This document shows, piece after piece, positions 32,341-41,997 of a DNA stretch of 64,000 bases (its first letter is position 1; each line of letters opens with the position of its first letter). The notes below the pieces were generated by a model. It was not told the DNA's origin and searched no databases. It was given only the letters and a program-made list of their open reading frames with translations. The translations under genes and the position numbers were made by a program. The DNA is from Candidatus Omnitrophota bacterium (GTDB lineage: Bacteria > Omnitrophota > Omnitrophia > Omnitrophales > Aquincolibacteriaceae): positions 14,330 to 78,329 of the forward strand of contig JAKLFP010000010.1 of assembly GCA_022711115.1 (NCBI GenBank). The letters are read 5' to 3'.

Positions 32341-33756
32341 ATGGAAATCAATAAACCTGAAGGATCAGAAAGTGACAAGCCTCAATTCCAGGAGAAACCT
32401 TTTTTAAAAGACCCGTTAAAACAACCGGGACCGTCCGTGGAAGGACCTTCCGGGTATCCCTTTTCCCCGAATAAAAAACGTCTTGTGATTATCGGCGTTA
32501 GTGTTGCTTTAATTGTCCTTCTTTTTGCCGGGAAAATGGTGATGGATCTTTTTAAGGGTCCCAAGGTTCCGTTGACCCAGACCATGGCGCAACAACAGCA
32601 GGCAGTGAAGGATGCGCCCGTAGCGGTGAAAGGTTTCAAGGCCGGACGATTTAATTATGAGGATACACTCAATGTTCTTGGGAACATCAAAGGATCGATG
32701 GAGCTCAAGCTTAGTTTCGAGATTCCCGGCGTGATCAGTTCGATTAATTACAAAGAAGGGGAGCATTATGAAGAAGGCGCCCTTCTTGTTTCTTTGAAGC
32801 AGGATGATATTCTTCTGAGACTTAAACGCGCGCAGGCGGGTCTTAACAAAGCGGAATCTCAAGCCAAGGTCATTGAAAATGAAGTTGCGGAGAATGAAAA
32901 ACTTCTCAAGATGGGAGCTATCCCGCAATCCACTGTGGACAAGAAAAAGCTTGAACTGGATGCGGCAAAGTATGAGACCGAAGCTCAGAGGCTTGAAATG
33001 AAAGCAAACGAGTCCTTTCTTGAGAAGTCCAATCTTTATGCCCCCTCTTCGGGGATGTTGGGAGAATTGAACATTGAAGAAGGGGAAAACATCAGTCAGA
33101 GCACGTTGATCGGGACTCACATTAATACGGAATACGTCTACGCAGAGTTTGGCATCGTAGAACGCGATGTGCAAAAAATCACATTGGGCCAGAAGGCCAA
33201 GGTCTTTGTCGATGCGTTTCCGGATAAAACTTTTGAAGGTGTGATTGAAAATATCGCACCGCAGATCAGCGGGACAAGCCGCACGTCAACAGCCAAAGTC
33301 CGTGTGGAAAATCCGGAAGGAGTGTTAATACCGGGTATGTTTGCCCGTGTCAGGATCATGCTCTACAGCAAAAAAGACGCCTTGGTTATTCCGACGGACG
33401 CCATTCAGGGCGGGGAAGGCGAAAAATTTATTTATGTGGTAAAGCAGAAACAGCTCGAAGGGGGTGCCATGCCGGAGGCCCTTGTGGCTCCTGCTGAGCC
33501 TGTCGCCAAAGGCATCAGAGACATGTTTACTTCTAAAAAAGACCAGAAGAAACAGTTGTCTGAAAAAGCGGCTTCTCAAAAAATTGAAGACGGTACGGTC
33601 GAAAAAAGGCCCGTAACGGTCGGATACACGCGTTCGGATTATTCCCAGATCGACGCCGGGCTGACCGAAGGTGAAATTGTTGTCATGACCGGTTTTGAAA
33701 GACTGGAGGATGGAAAGAAGGTCCGCCTTGTTGAGACCCAAGAAGCGGAGCTTTAG
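32341..33756 (+). CDS. RND efflux membrane fusion protein (periplasmic adaptor, HlyD family)
   Basis: N-terminal TM anchor, coiled-coil hairpin, and lipoyl/beta-barrel domains (VRVENPEGVLIPGMFARVRI); 471 aa. Confidence 0.85.
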   Translation: MEINKPEGSESDKPQFQEKPFLKDPLKQPGPSVEGPSGYPFSPNKKRLVIIGVSVALIVLLFAGKMVMDLFKGPKVPLTQTMAQQQQAVKDAPVAVKGFKAGRFNYEDTLNVLGNIKGSMELKLSFEIPGVISSINYKEGEHYEEGALLVSLKQDDILLRLKRAQAGLNKAESQAKVIENEVAENEKLLKMGAIPQSTVDKKKLELDAAKYETEAQRLEMKANESFLEKSNLYAPSSGMLGELNIEEGENISQSTLIGTHINTEYVYAEFGIVERDVQKITLGQKAKVFVDAFPDKTFEGVIENIAPQISGTSRTSTAKVRVENPEGVLIPGMFARVRIMLYSKKDALVIPTDAIQGGEGEKFIYVVKQKQLEGGAMPEALVAPAEPVAKGIRDMFTSKKDQKKQLSEKAASQKIEDGTVEKRPVTVGYTRSDYSQIDAGLTEGEIVVMTGFERLEDGKKVRLVETQEAEL

Positions 33757-33759
33757 GCA

Positions 33760-36700
33760 ATGAGTTTACCGGAATTTTCGATCAAGAAAAAAGTAACCGT
33801 TTTCATGATGACGGCTTTGCTTTTCTTGATGGGAGTCTTGTCGTTTGTTCGTCTTCCGCAAGAACTTTTCCCTCCTATTACTTTTCCGCAGGTGACGGTC
33901 GTCACGGATTATTCGAACGCTGCGCCGGAAGAGATTGAAACGCTTATCACCCGCGTGATCGAAGAAGCGATCGGATCTGTTGCCGGCATGAAACGCAGCG
34001 AATCGATCTCGAGAGAAGGCCGCAGTACGATCACCGTGTCCTTTAATTGGGGGCAGGACATTGATTTTGCGGCCCTTGCGCTCAGAGAAAAAATCGATCT
34101 GATCAAGGAGAGACTTCCCAAAGAGGCTTCGGACCCCGTAGTTTTAAAGTTCGATCCGCTCTCCAAACCTATTTTGATTATTTCCGTGACCGGACCTGAG
34201 ATCCCGCCCGTGCGTTTGAAATTTTTAGCTGAAAAAATGATCAAGGACCGTCTGGAAAAAGTGGAAGGGGTTGCCTCGGTCAGTATTTCCGGCGGTGTGA
34301 ACCGTGAAATTCTTGTGGATGTGGATCAGCCGCGTCTTCAGGCGAACAATCTTTCACTTCTTGAGATCGTGAATTCCCTGGATGAAGCGAATGTGTCCTA
34401 TCCGGCCGGGAGTATCAAAAAAGGCCTTTATGAATATCTGATACGTACGGTTGGAGATTTCCGTTCGCCGAATGAGATTGGTTATGCGGTAGTCGGTGTT
34501 GATACCGTTGATAAAGGAAGACGTGAAGACACCAGCTTTGTGGAACGTGACAAGAGCGAGGGCCCTCGTGAGACGATCGAAAGGTTTCGTGAGGAAGTCA
34601 TCAAGAGGATGCTGGAAAAACGGCTTGTGCTCGTCAAGGATGTTGCGAAGGTCACCGACGGTCGAGCTGAGATCACCAGTATTTCCCGTTATAACGGTGA
34701 AGCCAATATTTCTCTTTCGATTCAGAAACAATCCAATGCGAATACGATCAAGCTGGTGGAGCAATTAAAAAAGGAATTGGCCGGTTTACAGGATGACCTT
34801 ACGTCGCGGGGCCTCAAAGCAAAAATTATTTATGATCATTCTATTTTTATCAGGAATAGCCTGGATGACCTGGCCATGCAGGCCATGTTGGGAAGTGTTT
34901 TTGCACTGATCTCGTTGTTTCTTTTTTTAAGGTCTTTCGCCATGGCGGTGCTGGTTGTCTTTTCGGTGCCCATGACGATCCTTGGTGTTTTTTTGTGTAT
35001 GTCGCTTGGGAAGGTGACGTTGAACATGATGTCCCTTGGAGGTCTTGCGCTCGCGATCGGTATGATCACCGATACGAGTATTGTCGTGTTGGAAAATATT
35101 TTTCGCAAACGTCAAGAAGGCGCAAAACCGGAAGAAGGAGCGATTGAAGGTGCTACCGAGGTCATTTGGCCGGTGGTATCTTCGAACTTAACATCGATCG
35201 CTGTATTTTTCCCTCTCATTGTGTTCGTGCCGGGTATTGCCGGGCAGTTCTTTAAAGACCTTTCCTGGGCCATCATTTTTTCCCAGATCTTTTCCACGAT
35301 CATCCCGCTGACGCTGATCACCATGCTTTCGATCTATGTGATAGTCAAACAGCAGGAATATAAACCTATCAGCTTAACGGGTTCCCTGGATCAGTACCTC
35401 TTGAGCCTCCCGACGCCGCAGATGCAGAACCAAACCATGATTGCCATCCTTGTCGCGGCGTTTATTTTACTGGCATCCACTTTTCTGATCGTTCCGACCA
35501 TGGATTGGGAAGTGCTGCCCAAGGTGGACCAGGGGCAGCTTTATGCGAAAGTGGATATGCCGCTTGGCACAAGGCTTCAGATTACGGATGAGCTTTGCCG
35601 GAAATTGGAAGAGATCATCAGCGATGAACCTGAGGTCAGAGACATTGCGGTGGCTGTGGGGAGCGAACGAGGTGCCAAGGGCAAGGGGGAGATCAAGATT
35701 GAAGCGCTGCGGCCTTCACAGGCGATGATCCTGATAAGTTTGCACGAAAAAAGAAAGCGATCTTCGGCGCGTGTCATGGCCTCGATCGCCAAAAAAATGA
35801 AAAAACTTGAAATAGAAAAAAAGAACATCCGTATTGAATTGGCCCTTCAAGGGAATGAGTTCGCAACGGTTGGGACATCGATCAAACCGATTATTCTGGA
35901 AGTGAAGGGTTATGATTTTCAAACCATGGAAGCGACCGTGGAGCACTTGAAGAGGCGTTTGGCCGAAATCCGCGGGGTAATTGATATCGGCAGTGATATG
36001 GGAGAGAAGTCTCCGGAGACAAAACTGGATATTAAGAAAGATCGAGCGGCTCTTTACGGGATCTCCGCGATGGATATCTCTTTGACCGCGAAGGCTGCTA
36101 TTGAAGGAGTGGTCGCAACGGAATATCGTGAAGCAGGACGGGAAGTGGATGTACGCGTGCGTTTGTCCAAAGAGGACCGTGCCAATATCAGTAATTTAAG
36201 CAATCTTCTTCTTTATTCAAAAACATTGGATATTCACGTCCCTCTCAAAGAGATTGCGAAGATCAAACAAGGGCTTGGTCCCAGTGAGATCAAGCGTCTC
36301 GACCAGGAAAGAACGGTCACGATCTCCGCAGACATCGATAGGAGCCGGCAGGACAAAGATGTCCTCTCGGACGTTCGTAAGCTGCTGGCGAGTCTCAAGA
36401 TTCCTGAAGATATTCCCCAGGATTTTCAGGTCAAACTCTCCGGCAAGGCAAAAGAGATAAGCGAGAATTTTGGAAGCGTGATCTTCGCGTTTATTCTGGC
36501 AGTATTGCTTGTTTATATGATCATGGCGGCTCAATTTGAGTCCTTTCTCCAGCCGCTGATCATTATGGTGACCGTTCCGCTTTCTTTTGGCGGCGCGATC
36601 ATCGCCTTGAAAATTACCGGAAACTCCTTGAATGTGATATCGCTTTTGGGTCTGGTTCTTTTGGGCGGTGTGGTCGTCAACAACGGTATCATCCTCATGG

Positions 36701-37017
36701 AGTACATCAACCAGTTGCGGGCCGAAGGGATGGAGCTTGTCGAAGCGGTTTGGCTTTCGGTGCGGACCCGTACCCGGCCTGTCTTGATGTCATCCGTGAC
36801 GACTATTCTTGGCATGCTGCCGGTTGCGGTAGGGATCGGGACCGGTGGGCCTGCCATTCTGTCGCCGCTTGCCGTAACGGCCATGGGCGGTCTTTTTTCT
36901 TCGACGCTTTTAACCTTGATTGTCCTGCCTTGCCTGATGATCCTTGTGACTCGGTTTATAGAATCCCATTTTGGCATCGAGGAGGAAACCATAGAGGGGG
37001 AAGCGGGCGCTTCTTAA
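33760..37017 (+). CDS. RND multidrug efflux transporter (AcrB/HAE1 family)
   Basis: 1085 aa, 12 TM helices, two large periplasmic loops; N-terminus FSIKKKVTVFMMTALLFLMGVLSF is typical of AcrB. Confidence 0.9.
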   Translation: MSLPEFSIKKKVTVFMMTALLFLMGVLSFVRLPQELFPPITFPQVTVVTDYSNAAPEEIETLITRVIEEAIGSVAGMKRSESISREGRSTITVSFNWGQDIDFAALALREKIDLIKERLPKEASDPVVLKFDPLSKPILIISVTGPEIPPVRLKFLAEKMIKDRLEKVEGVASVSISGGVNREILVDVDQPRLQANNLSLLEIVNSLDEANVSYPAGSIKKGLYEYLIRTVGDFRSPNEIGYAVVGVDTVDKGRREDTSFVERDKSEGPRETIERFREEVIKRMLEKRLVLVKDVAKVTDGRAEITSISRYNGEANISLSIQKQSNANTIKLVEQLKKELAGLQDDLTSRGLKAKIIYDHSIFIRNSLDDLAMQAMLGSVFALISLFLFLRSFAMAVLVVFSVPMTILGVFLCMSLGKVTLNMMSLGGLALAIGMITDTSIVVLENIFRKRQEGAKPEEGAIEGATEVIWPVVSSNLTSIAVFFPLIVFVPGIAGQFFKDLSWAIIFSQIFSTIIPLTLITMLSIYVIVKQQEYKPISLTGSLDQYLLSLPTPQMQNQTMIAILVAAFILLASTFLIVPTMDWEVLPKVDQGQLYAKVDMPLGTRLQITDELCRKLEEIISDEPEVRDIAVAVGSERGAKGKGEIKIEALRPSQAMILISLHEKRKRSSARVMASIAKKMKKLEIEKKNIRIELALQGNEFATVGTSIKPIILEVKGYDFQTMEATVEHLKRRLAEIRGVIDIGSDMGEKSPETKLDIKKDRAALYGISAMDISLTAKAAIEGVVATEYREAGREVDVRVRLSKEDRANISNLSNLLLYSKTLDIHVPLKEIAKIKQGLGPSEIKRLDQERTVTISADIDRSRQDKDVLSDVRKLLASLKIPEDIPQDFQVKLSGKAKEISENFGSVIFAFILAVLLVYMIMAAQFESFLQPLIIMVTVPLSFGGAIIALKITGNSLNVISLLGLVLLGGVVVNNGIILMEYINQLRAEGMELVEAVWLSVRTRTRPVLMSSVTTILGMLPVAVGIGTGGPAILSPLAVTAMGGLFSSTLLTLIVLPCLMILVTRFIESHFGIEEETIEGEAGAS

Positions 37018-37022
37018 AATCG

Positions 37023-40000
37023 ATGGGTCTTCCCAGTTTTTCAATTAAACGCCCGGTTTTGACCGGGATTTTGTATGCCGCTATCGTCATTTTAGGTCTC
37101 ATCTCTCTTTCCCGACTCAAGGTGGAACTTTACCAAGGCCAAAGCATGAGTATCATCAGCATTGTGGTTCGTGCGCGCGGCGGTCTTCCATCCGAGGATG
37201 TCGAAAAAATGATCACCAAACCCATCGAAGAAGCCATCGGAACCGTCGGCCACATGAAGGGTCTTTATTCCAGTTCCCGTGAAGCGGAATCGCGCGTGAC
37301 CATGGAATTTGAGCCTGGAACGAACATGAATTTTGCCTCCCTTGAGATTCGAGAAAAATTCGCGCGCGTCAAGCCGTTATTGCCCAAAGAAATCGAAAAA
37401 CCGGTCATTGCCAATTACGACGATGCCCAATCCGCCATTGTATCTTTTGCCGTGACATCGGAGACGTTGTCGCCGGAGCAGATCCGCGAGGTGGTGGATG
37501 TGAAGCTCAAACCTGTGGTGAGCCGTGTGGATGGCGTGGCAAGTGTGGAAGTGTACGGTGGCCGCGAACGAAAGATTCTTGTGGAACTCGATCGGGACAA
37601 GATGGTGGCCTATAACATTTCCATTGAAAGGGTGATGGATGTTCTCGGGCAGAGCAATATCAATCTTCTTGCCGGCAATGTGGGCACCGGAAAATACGAA
37701 TTTGCGATCCGGAGCATGGGGGCCTTTTTGTCCGTGGAAGATATCGGGGAAATCGGAGTGAAGGCGACCCGCCAGGGTTCGATCATTCCTCTCAAAGAGA
37801 TAGCGACCATCAAAGATTCTTACATGGAAGCTACGGATCAGGCGCGCCTGAACCTTGAACAGAATGTGACCGTCTATATCAAAAAGGCGAGTCTTGCGAA
37901 CACGCTTGACGTTGCAAAAAATCTGGACAAGGTTCTGGATGCTTTTGAAGAGGATCAACACGGAAATTTAAAGATCGTTTATGTCAGCAACAAAGCGGAA
38001 ACCATCGAACGTGCCATCAACGATGTCAAAGAGGCCCTTTACATCGGACTTTTCCTGACCATGGGAGTGATTTATGTCTTCATCCGCAACTGGGTCCTTT
38101 CAGCGATCATTCTTGTGGTCATTCCGTGTTCTTTGATCACAACCTTTATCTTTATGGCGGCTTTCGGGATCAGCCTTAATGTGATGACGCTGAGCGGGCT
38201 TGCCTTGTCGATCGGGATTTTGGTAGATACCGCAGTCGTGATCATGGAGAACATCTTTTCCAAAAAGGAAAAAGGGCATGCGGACCTTTATGCGATCCGC
38301 GAGGGCAGCGAAGAGGTGTGGTTGCCCCTGTTGACTTCGCTTTTGACCATGCTGGTCGTGTTTTTGCCGCTTGTCCTGATCAACAAAACCATCCAGCTGA
38401 CCTATTGGGGATTTGCCTTCACGATATGCGTGTCCTTGATTGCATCTTTTTTTGCCGCGCTGATGCTTATTCCCATGATGATCCGTCAGTTCGGGATTGC
38501 GGCGCTGAACAGACACCGGCCGGACACAGCCAATACTTTTATTGAGAAATCACGCGAAAGGTATGTGAAAGCCATACGCTGGTGCATTGCCAAGCGGAAG
38601 CTTGTGGTTTTAACGGTGATTCTCCTTTGCGGGATAGCCGTGTGGCGTCTTATCAAGACTCCTTTCGATCTTCCCTCAACTTTTGAAGAAAATGAATTTG
38701 CGGTCGTGACTTTCCCTTTGGCTGGCGCCCGCCTGGAAACTAATGATGAGGTCATGAAAAAACTCGAGGGCATTTTAAGCCAGATTCCGGATGTGACGCT
38801 TTTTTCCACGACCGTCAGCAGGGATGATCTCCGTCTTTTTATCCGTCTCAAACCCGCCCGAAAAAGGACCTATTCGAAAGATGAGATTATGAAGCTGATC
38901 GACGAAAAGGGAAATGCGGCCATCAAAGAGGTCCATCCGGACTATAGTCTGATTGTGGATGAAGGGGCAGGTTCTTCGGAGTCTAAAAAACTGATCGTAA
39001 ACATCTATGGGCAGGACGGCGACGAACTTGAAAGACTTGCCAAGGCCTTTGCGCAAAAAATGTCCAAGGTTCCGGGGCTTACCAATCTTGTGATGACCGA
39101 CCTTCGCAAACGGCCGGAATATGCACTGGTGGTGGATAAAGGCAAGGCGGCCATGTATGGACTTTCGGTGAGGAAGGTGGCAGATACCATGCATGCCCAA
39201 ATCCGAGGCATGAGGCCCACCAAATTCCATGAACTGACCAAAGGGCAGGAGATAGAAACCATCACGCGCCTGCAAGCGATCTATCGGCAAAAACTGGAAG
39301 ATCTCGGGCAGATCTATGTGGAGACGAAGGATAATACCACGATTCCGATTAGTGAGATTGCCAATTTCTATCCCAGCACAGGCCCGCAAACGATCGACCG
39401 GAGGGATAAACACCGGTACGTGTTTGTCAAAGGGGATATGAAAAAGCCCATGGAGCAAATCGCTCAAGACGTGAAAAAGGCATTGAAGGATGTCAAACTT
39501 CCCGATGATTATTACTGGCGTTTTGCCGGTTCCTATGATGATATGATGGCCAGCAAGAGCCAATCGACGCTGGCGTTGCTGCTGACTTTCTGTCTGGTTT
39601 ATATGGTGATGGCCTGTCTTTTTGAAAACTATCTTTATCCTCTTCTCATTATGAGCAAAATTCTTCTGAATTTTATTGGTGTTTGGATCGCTCTAGCGGG
39701 TGGCCCGATCGGGGCGTTACAGCAAATGGCTCATGGCGCCAGCAGTTTTCCTTTATTCGGAGGGCTCTTTGTCCCATTGGATTTGATGCTCCAGAAAACC
39801 TTGGAATTTTTTCAGCAAATCCCTTTTTTCGGGGGCCTTTTCATCCAAAGGCCCTTAAGCACGCAGGCTTTGATCGGGATGATCATGTTGGCGGGGTATT
39901 CGGTGAATGCCGCGATCCTCTTGGTGGATCATGCGCTCCATCTGTCTAAAGAAGAAAGCAAGGAAGAGCGTTTTATCCAGGCGGGAGTCGACCGTCTTCG

Positions 40001-40262
40001 GCCGATCATGATGACAGCACTTGCCGCGATTCTCGGATTTTTGCCGATGGCATTAAATTTGGGATCTGCCAGTGATCTATGGTCGCCTTTGGCGGTAACG
40101 ATCATCGGCGGACTCATCAGTTCGACGACCCTGATTCTTTTTGTTTTGCCCGCGTTGGTCATGCTGACGGATGACATTCAGAAATTTATAAAAACTTTTT
40201 TTGCGGCAATCATCGAGAGACTTCCTTTTCATCAAGTTCGCAGAGTAGCTTCCAGTTCTTAA
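37023..40262 (+). CDS. second RND efflux transporter (AcrB-like paralog)
   Basis: Start reassigned to the ATG at 37023 (MGLPSFSIKRPVLTGILYAAIV...), 6 nt after the stop of the first pump. 1079 aa RND topology. Confidence 0.88.
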   Translation: MGLPSFSIKRPVLTGILYAAIVILGLISLSRLKVELYQGQSMSIISIVVRARGGLPSEDVEKMITKPIEEAIGTVGHMKGLYSSSREAESRVTMEFEPGTNMNFASLEIREKFARVKPLLPKEIEKPVIANYDDAQSAIVSFAVTSETLSPEQIREVVDVKLKPVVSRVDGVASVEVYGGRERKILVELDRDKMVAYNISIERVMDVLGQSNINLLAGNVGTGKYEFAIRSMGAFLSVEDIGEIGVKATRQGSIIPLKEIATIKDSYMEATDQARLNLEQNVTVYIKKASLANTLDVAKNLDKVLDAFEEDQHGNLKIVYVSNKAETIERAINDVKEALYIGLFLTMGVIYVFIRNWVLSAIILVVIPCSLITTFIFMAAFGISLNVMTLSGLALSIGILVDTAVVIMENIFSKKEKGHADLYAIREGSEEVWLPLLTSLLTMLVVFLPLVLINKTIQLTYWGFAFTICVSLIASFFAALMLIPMMIRQFGIAALNRHRPDTANTFIEKSRERYVKAIRWCIAKRKLVVLTVILLCGIAVWRLIKTPFDLPSTFEENEFAVVTFPLAGARLETNDEVMKKLEGILSQIPDVTLFSTTVSRDDLRLFIRLKPARKRTYSKDEIMKLIDEKGNAAIKEVHPDYSLIVDEGAGSSESKKLIVNIYGQDGDELERLAKAFAQKMSKVPGLTNLVMTDLRKRPEYALVVDKGKAAMYGLSVRKVADTMHAQIRGMRPTKFHELTKGQEIETITRLQAIYRQKLEDLGQIYVETKDNTTIPISEIANFYPSTGPQTIDRRDKHRYVFVKGDMKKPMEQIAQDVKKALKDVKLPDDYYWRFAGSYDDMMASKSQSTLALLLTFCLVYMVMACLFENYLYPLLIMSKILLNFIGVWIALAGGPIGALQQMAHGASSFPLFGGLFVPLDLMLQKTLEFFQQIPFFGGLFIQRPLSTQALIGMIMLAGYSVNAAILLVDHALHLSKEESKEERFIQAGVDRLRPIMMTALAAILGFLPMALNLGSASDLWSPLAVTIIGGLISSTTLILFVLPALVMLTDDIQKFIKTFFAAIIERLPFHQVRRVASSS

Positions 40263-40315
40263 AATCTAAAATCGGCTTTTCAACCCGTTTTGAAGGACGG
40301 TGAGAGGAGAAAACA

Positions 40316-40909
40316 ATGAAAGAAGATCAGAAGATTGAAGCAATTCGACGGTCCAATCAAAGGAAGGTGAGAAATATTCTTATTCACCGGCCCATGCAGC
40401 GGGAATTTTCATTTATGCTGATCGCGCTTTTCATGGTGTCTTCCGCGGCCATTGCGTGGGTGATCCATCAAACCATCCGGGATGCCGCGTTCGGCGGCGG
40501 GTTCTATTTCGGGAAGGTGAATCCTTTTCAGATCCTTTCGGATGTCAGCTACCAGATCATCATCAGGGTCACATTGGTGTTGATTTTCACGCTCATCCTG
40601 ATCGGCAGCTACGGGATCACTTTCTTGCATCGTGCGGCCGGTCCGGTTTTTCGCTTTCGTCAAACCCTGCTGAAGATCAATCGCGGAGAATTACCCTCCG
40701 AGATTACTCTTCGCGAGGGAGACTTTTTTCATGAAGTGGCGCAGGACATCAATGTCATTATCAAGCGCCTGAAACTAACCCACGAGAAGATGACAGAACT
40801 TAAAACGAAATTAAACGATGCCCATCATCTGGCCACTTCCGATGAATTGAGACGAAAAATCGAAAATATGCAAGCCATGCTTGATTCTTTTTCCAAAGAA
40901 GCTATTTGA
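40316..40909 (+). CDS. small membrane protein with two TM helices and a HAMP-like domain
   Basis: Two TM helices, then an amphipathic AGPVFRFRQTLLKINRGELP...FFHEVAQDINVII segment resembling HAMP. No output domain. Confidence 0.5.
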   Translation: MKEDQKIEAIRRSNQRKVRNILIHRPMQREFSFMLIALFMVSSAAIAWVIHQTIRDAAFGGGFYFGKVNPFQILSDVSYQIIIRVTLVLIFTLILIGSYGITFLHRAAGPVFRFRQTLLKINRGELPSEITLREGDFFHEVAQDINVIIKRLKLTHEKMTELKTKLNDAHHLATSDELRRKIENMQAMLDSFSKEAI

Positions 40910-41128
40910 AATGATGTGAAGATGGAGCCATGAGTGTGGTTTTTTTTTGGATAGAGCCACAAAACTTCAGAGCTTTTCATCGATAAAAAAGTCTTTCAAG
41001 ACTATTTTTTGCTATATTTAAGTCAGTTTTGATATTTGGCTAAAAGCTTTTCCTAGAATGAACGATCATCTTTCTTCCATAAAAAGCAATTCATAAAAGC
41101 AGAAGCAACTAATTTTTTTTCTGCTCTT

Positions 41129-41160
41129 GCAAATAAGTTTTTAAAAGGGTATACTTCACA
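41129..41160 (+). promoter_or_regulatory. candidate sigma70-type promoter (TTGCAA ... TATACT) for the secreted-protein gene
   Basis: Hexamers in the AT-rich 295-bp gap; AAGGAG RBS 8 nt before the ATG at 41205. Confidence 0.3.
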
Positions 41161-41204
41161 CAACCCTCGCCAATAAGTAATTTCCATGAAAGGAGTAACA
41201 ATAA

Positions 41205-41831
41205 ATGAAGAAGCTGAATTTGATTGCAATGCTGTTGTTTGTTGCGGTGATAGTTCTCGGTTTTGGGGCTATCGCGCATGCGGCTGATCCTGTAGTGCCT
41301 GCTGCGAGTTCCGGTAATGAGCTGATGCTCGCGGATTTCGATACTGGAGATAAGCCGAATAATGTCGGCGGTGATTTCGGTGCTTGGGATAAGGACCCTA
41401 ACGATGATACCCAAGGATGTCAGTTGTCCTTCGAGACGGATGATGCCAAGGGGGAAACGGGCGGCTATTCGATCCGTTTGAACTATGATGTCGACTCTCC
41501 GAATCCTGCTTATAACGGTTTCTGGATGAAATTGAATGGCGAGGATGCTACCGCTTACAACACCCTGAATTTCTTTGTGAAGGGTGACGCAAAAGTCGGT
41601 TTCACCAAACGCTTCAAGATCGAACTCAAGGATATGACCAACAAGCCTTCCGCTTACATTGTGAGCGGTGTGACGGATCAGTGGCAAAAGGTTTCGATCC
41701 CGTTCGAAAAATTCCGCAGAATTGAAAACTGGAATTCTTTGAACGAATTTGTCATCGTTTTTGATGACATCAACACGAGTCCGAAGACCGGCTCCATTTT
41801 GGTTGACGATATCTCGCTTTCGAAGCAATAA
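41205..41831 (+). CDS. secreted hypothetical protein (signal peptide; beta-sandwich-like)
   Basis: Signal peptide MKKLNLIAMLLFVAVIVLGFGAIAHA; Asp/Gly-rich beta-strand-like sequence; monocistronic with its own terminator. Confidence 0.6.
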   Translation: MKKLNLIAMLLFVAVIVLGFGAIAHAADPVVPAASSGNELMLADFDTGDKPNNVGGDFGAWDKDPNDDTQGCQLSFETDDAKGETGGYSIRLNYDVDSPNPAYNGFWMKLNGEDATAYNTLNFFVKGDAKVGFTKRFKIELKDMTNKPSAYIVSGVTDQWQKVSIPFEKFRRIENWNSLNEFVIVFDDINTSPKTGSILVDDISLSKQ

Positions 41832-41864
41832 TCGAAGCGTTTTACGTTATCGACGGTTTTTAAA

Positions 41865-41898
41865 ATAGCCGACCCTAAAAAGGTCGGCTATTTTATTT
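41865..41898 (+). terminator. rho-independent terminator
   Basis: Stem ATAGCCGACC/GGTCGGCTAT with loop CTAAAAA, followed by TTTTATTT. Confidence 0.75.
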
Positions 41899-41997
41899 GG
41901 AGCTCAAGTTTTCTTAGAGACTTTTTTTACGTAACCTGTTGTTAAATTTAGACTTAAAACTTTAAAAAGGCCGTTTTTTGTCGATAATAAAAATACC

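Noticed and set aside
36750-37022. N-terminal 91-aa extension of the ORF-track entry 36750..40262, which would make the second RND pump overlap the first by 268 nt
   Set aside because: The extension is Cys/Arg/Gly-rich junk read from the other frame of the first pump's 3' end. A proper ATG at 37023 follows the first pump's stop by 5 nt and gives the canonical AcrB N-terminus.
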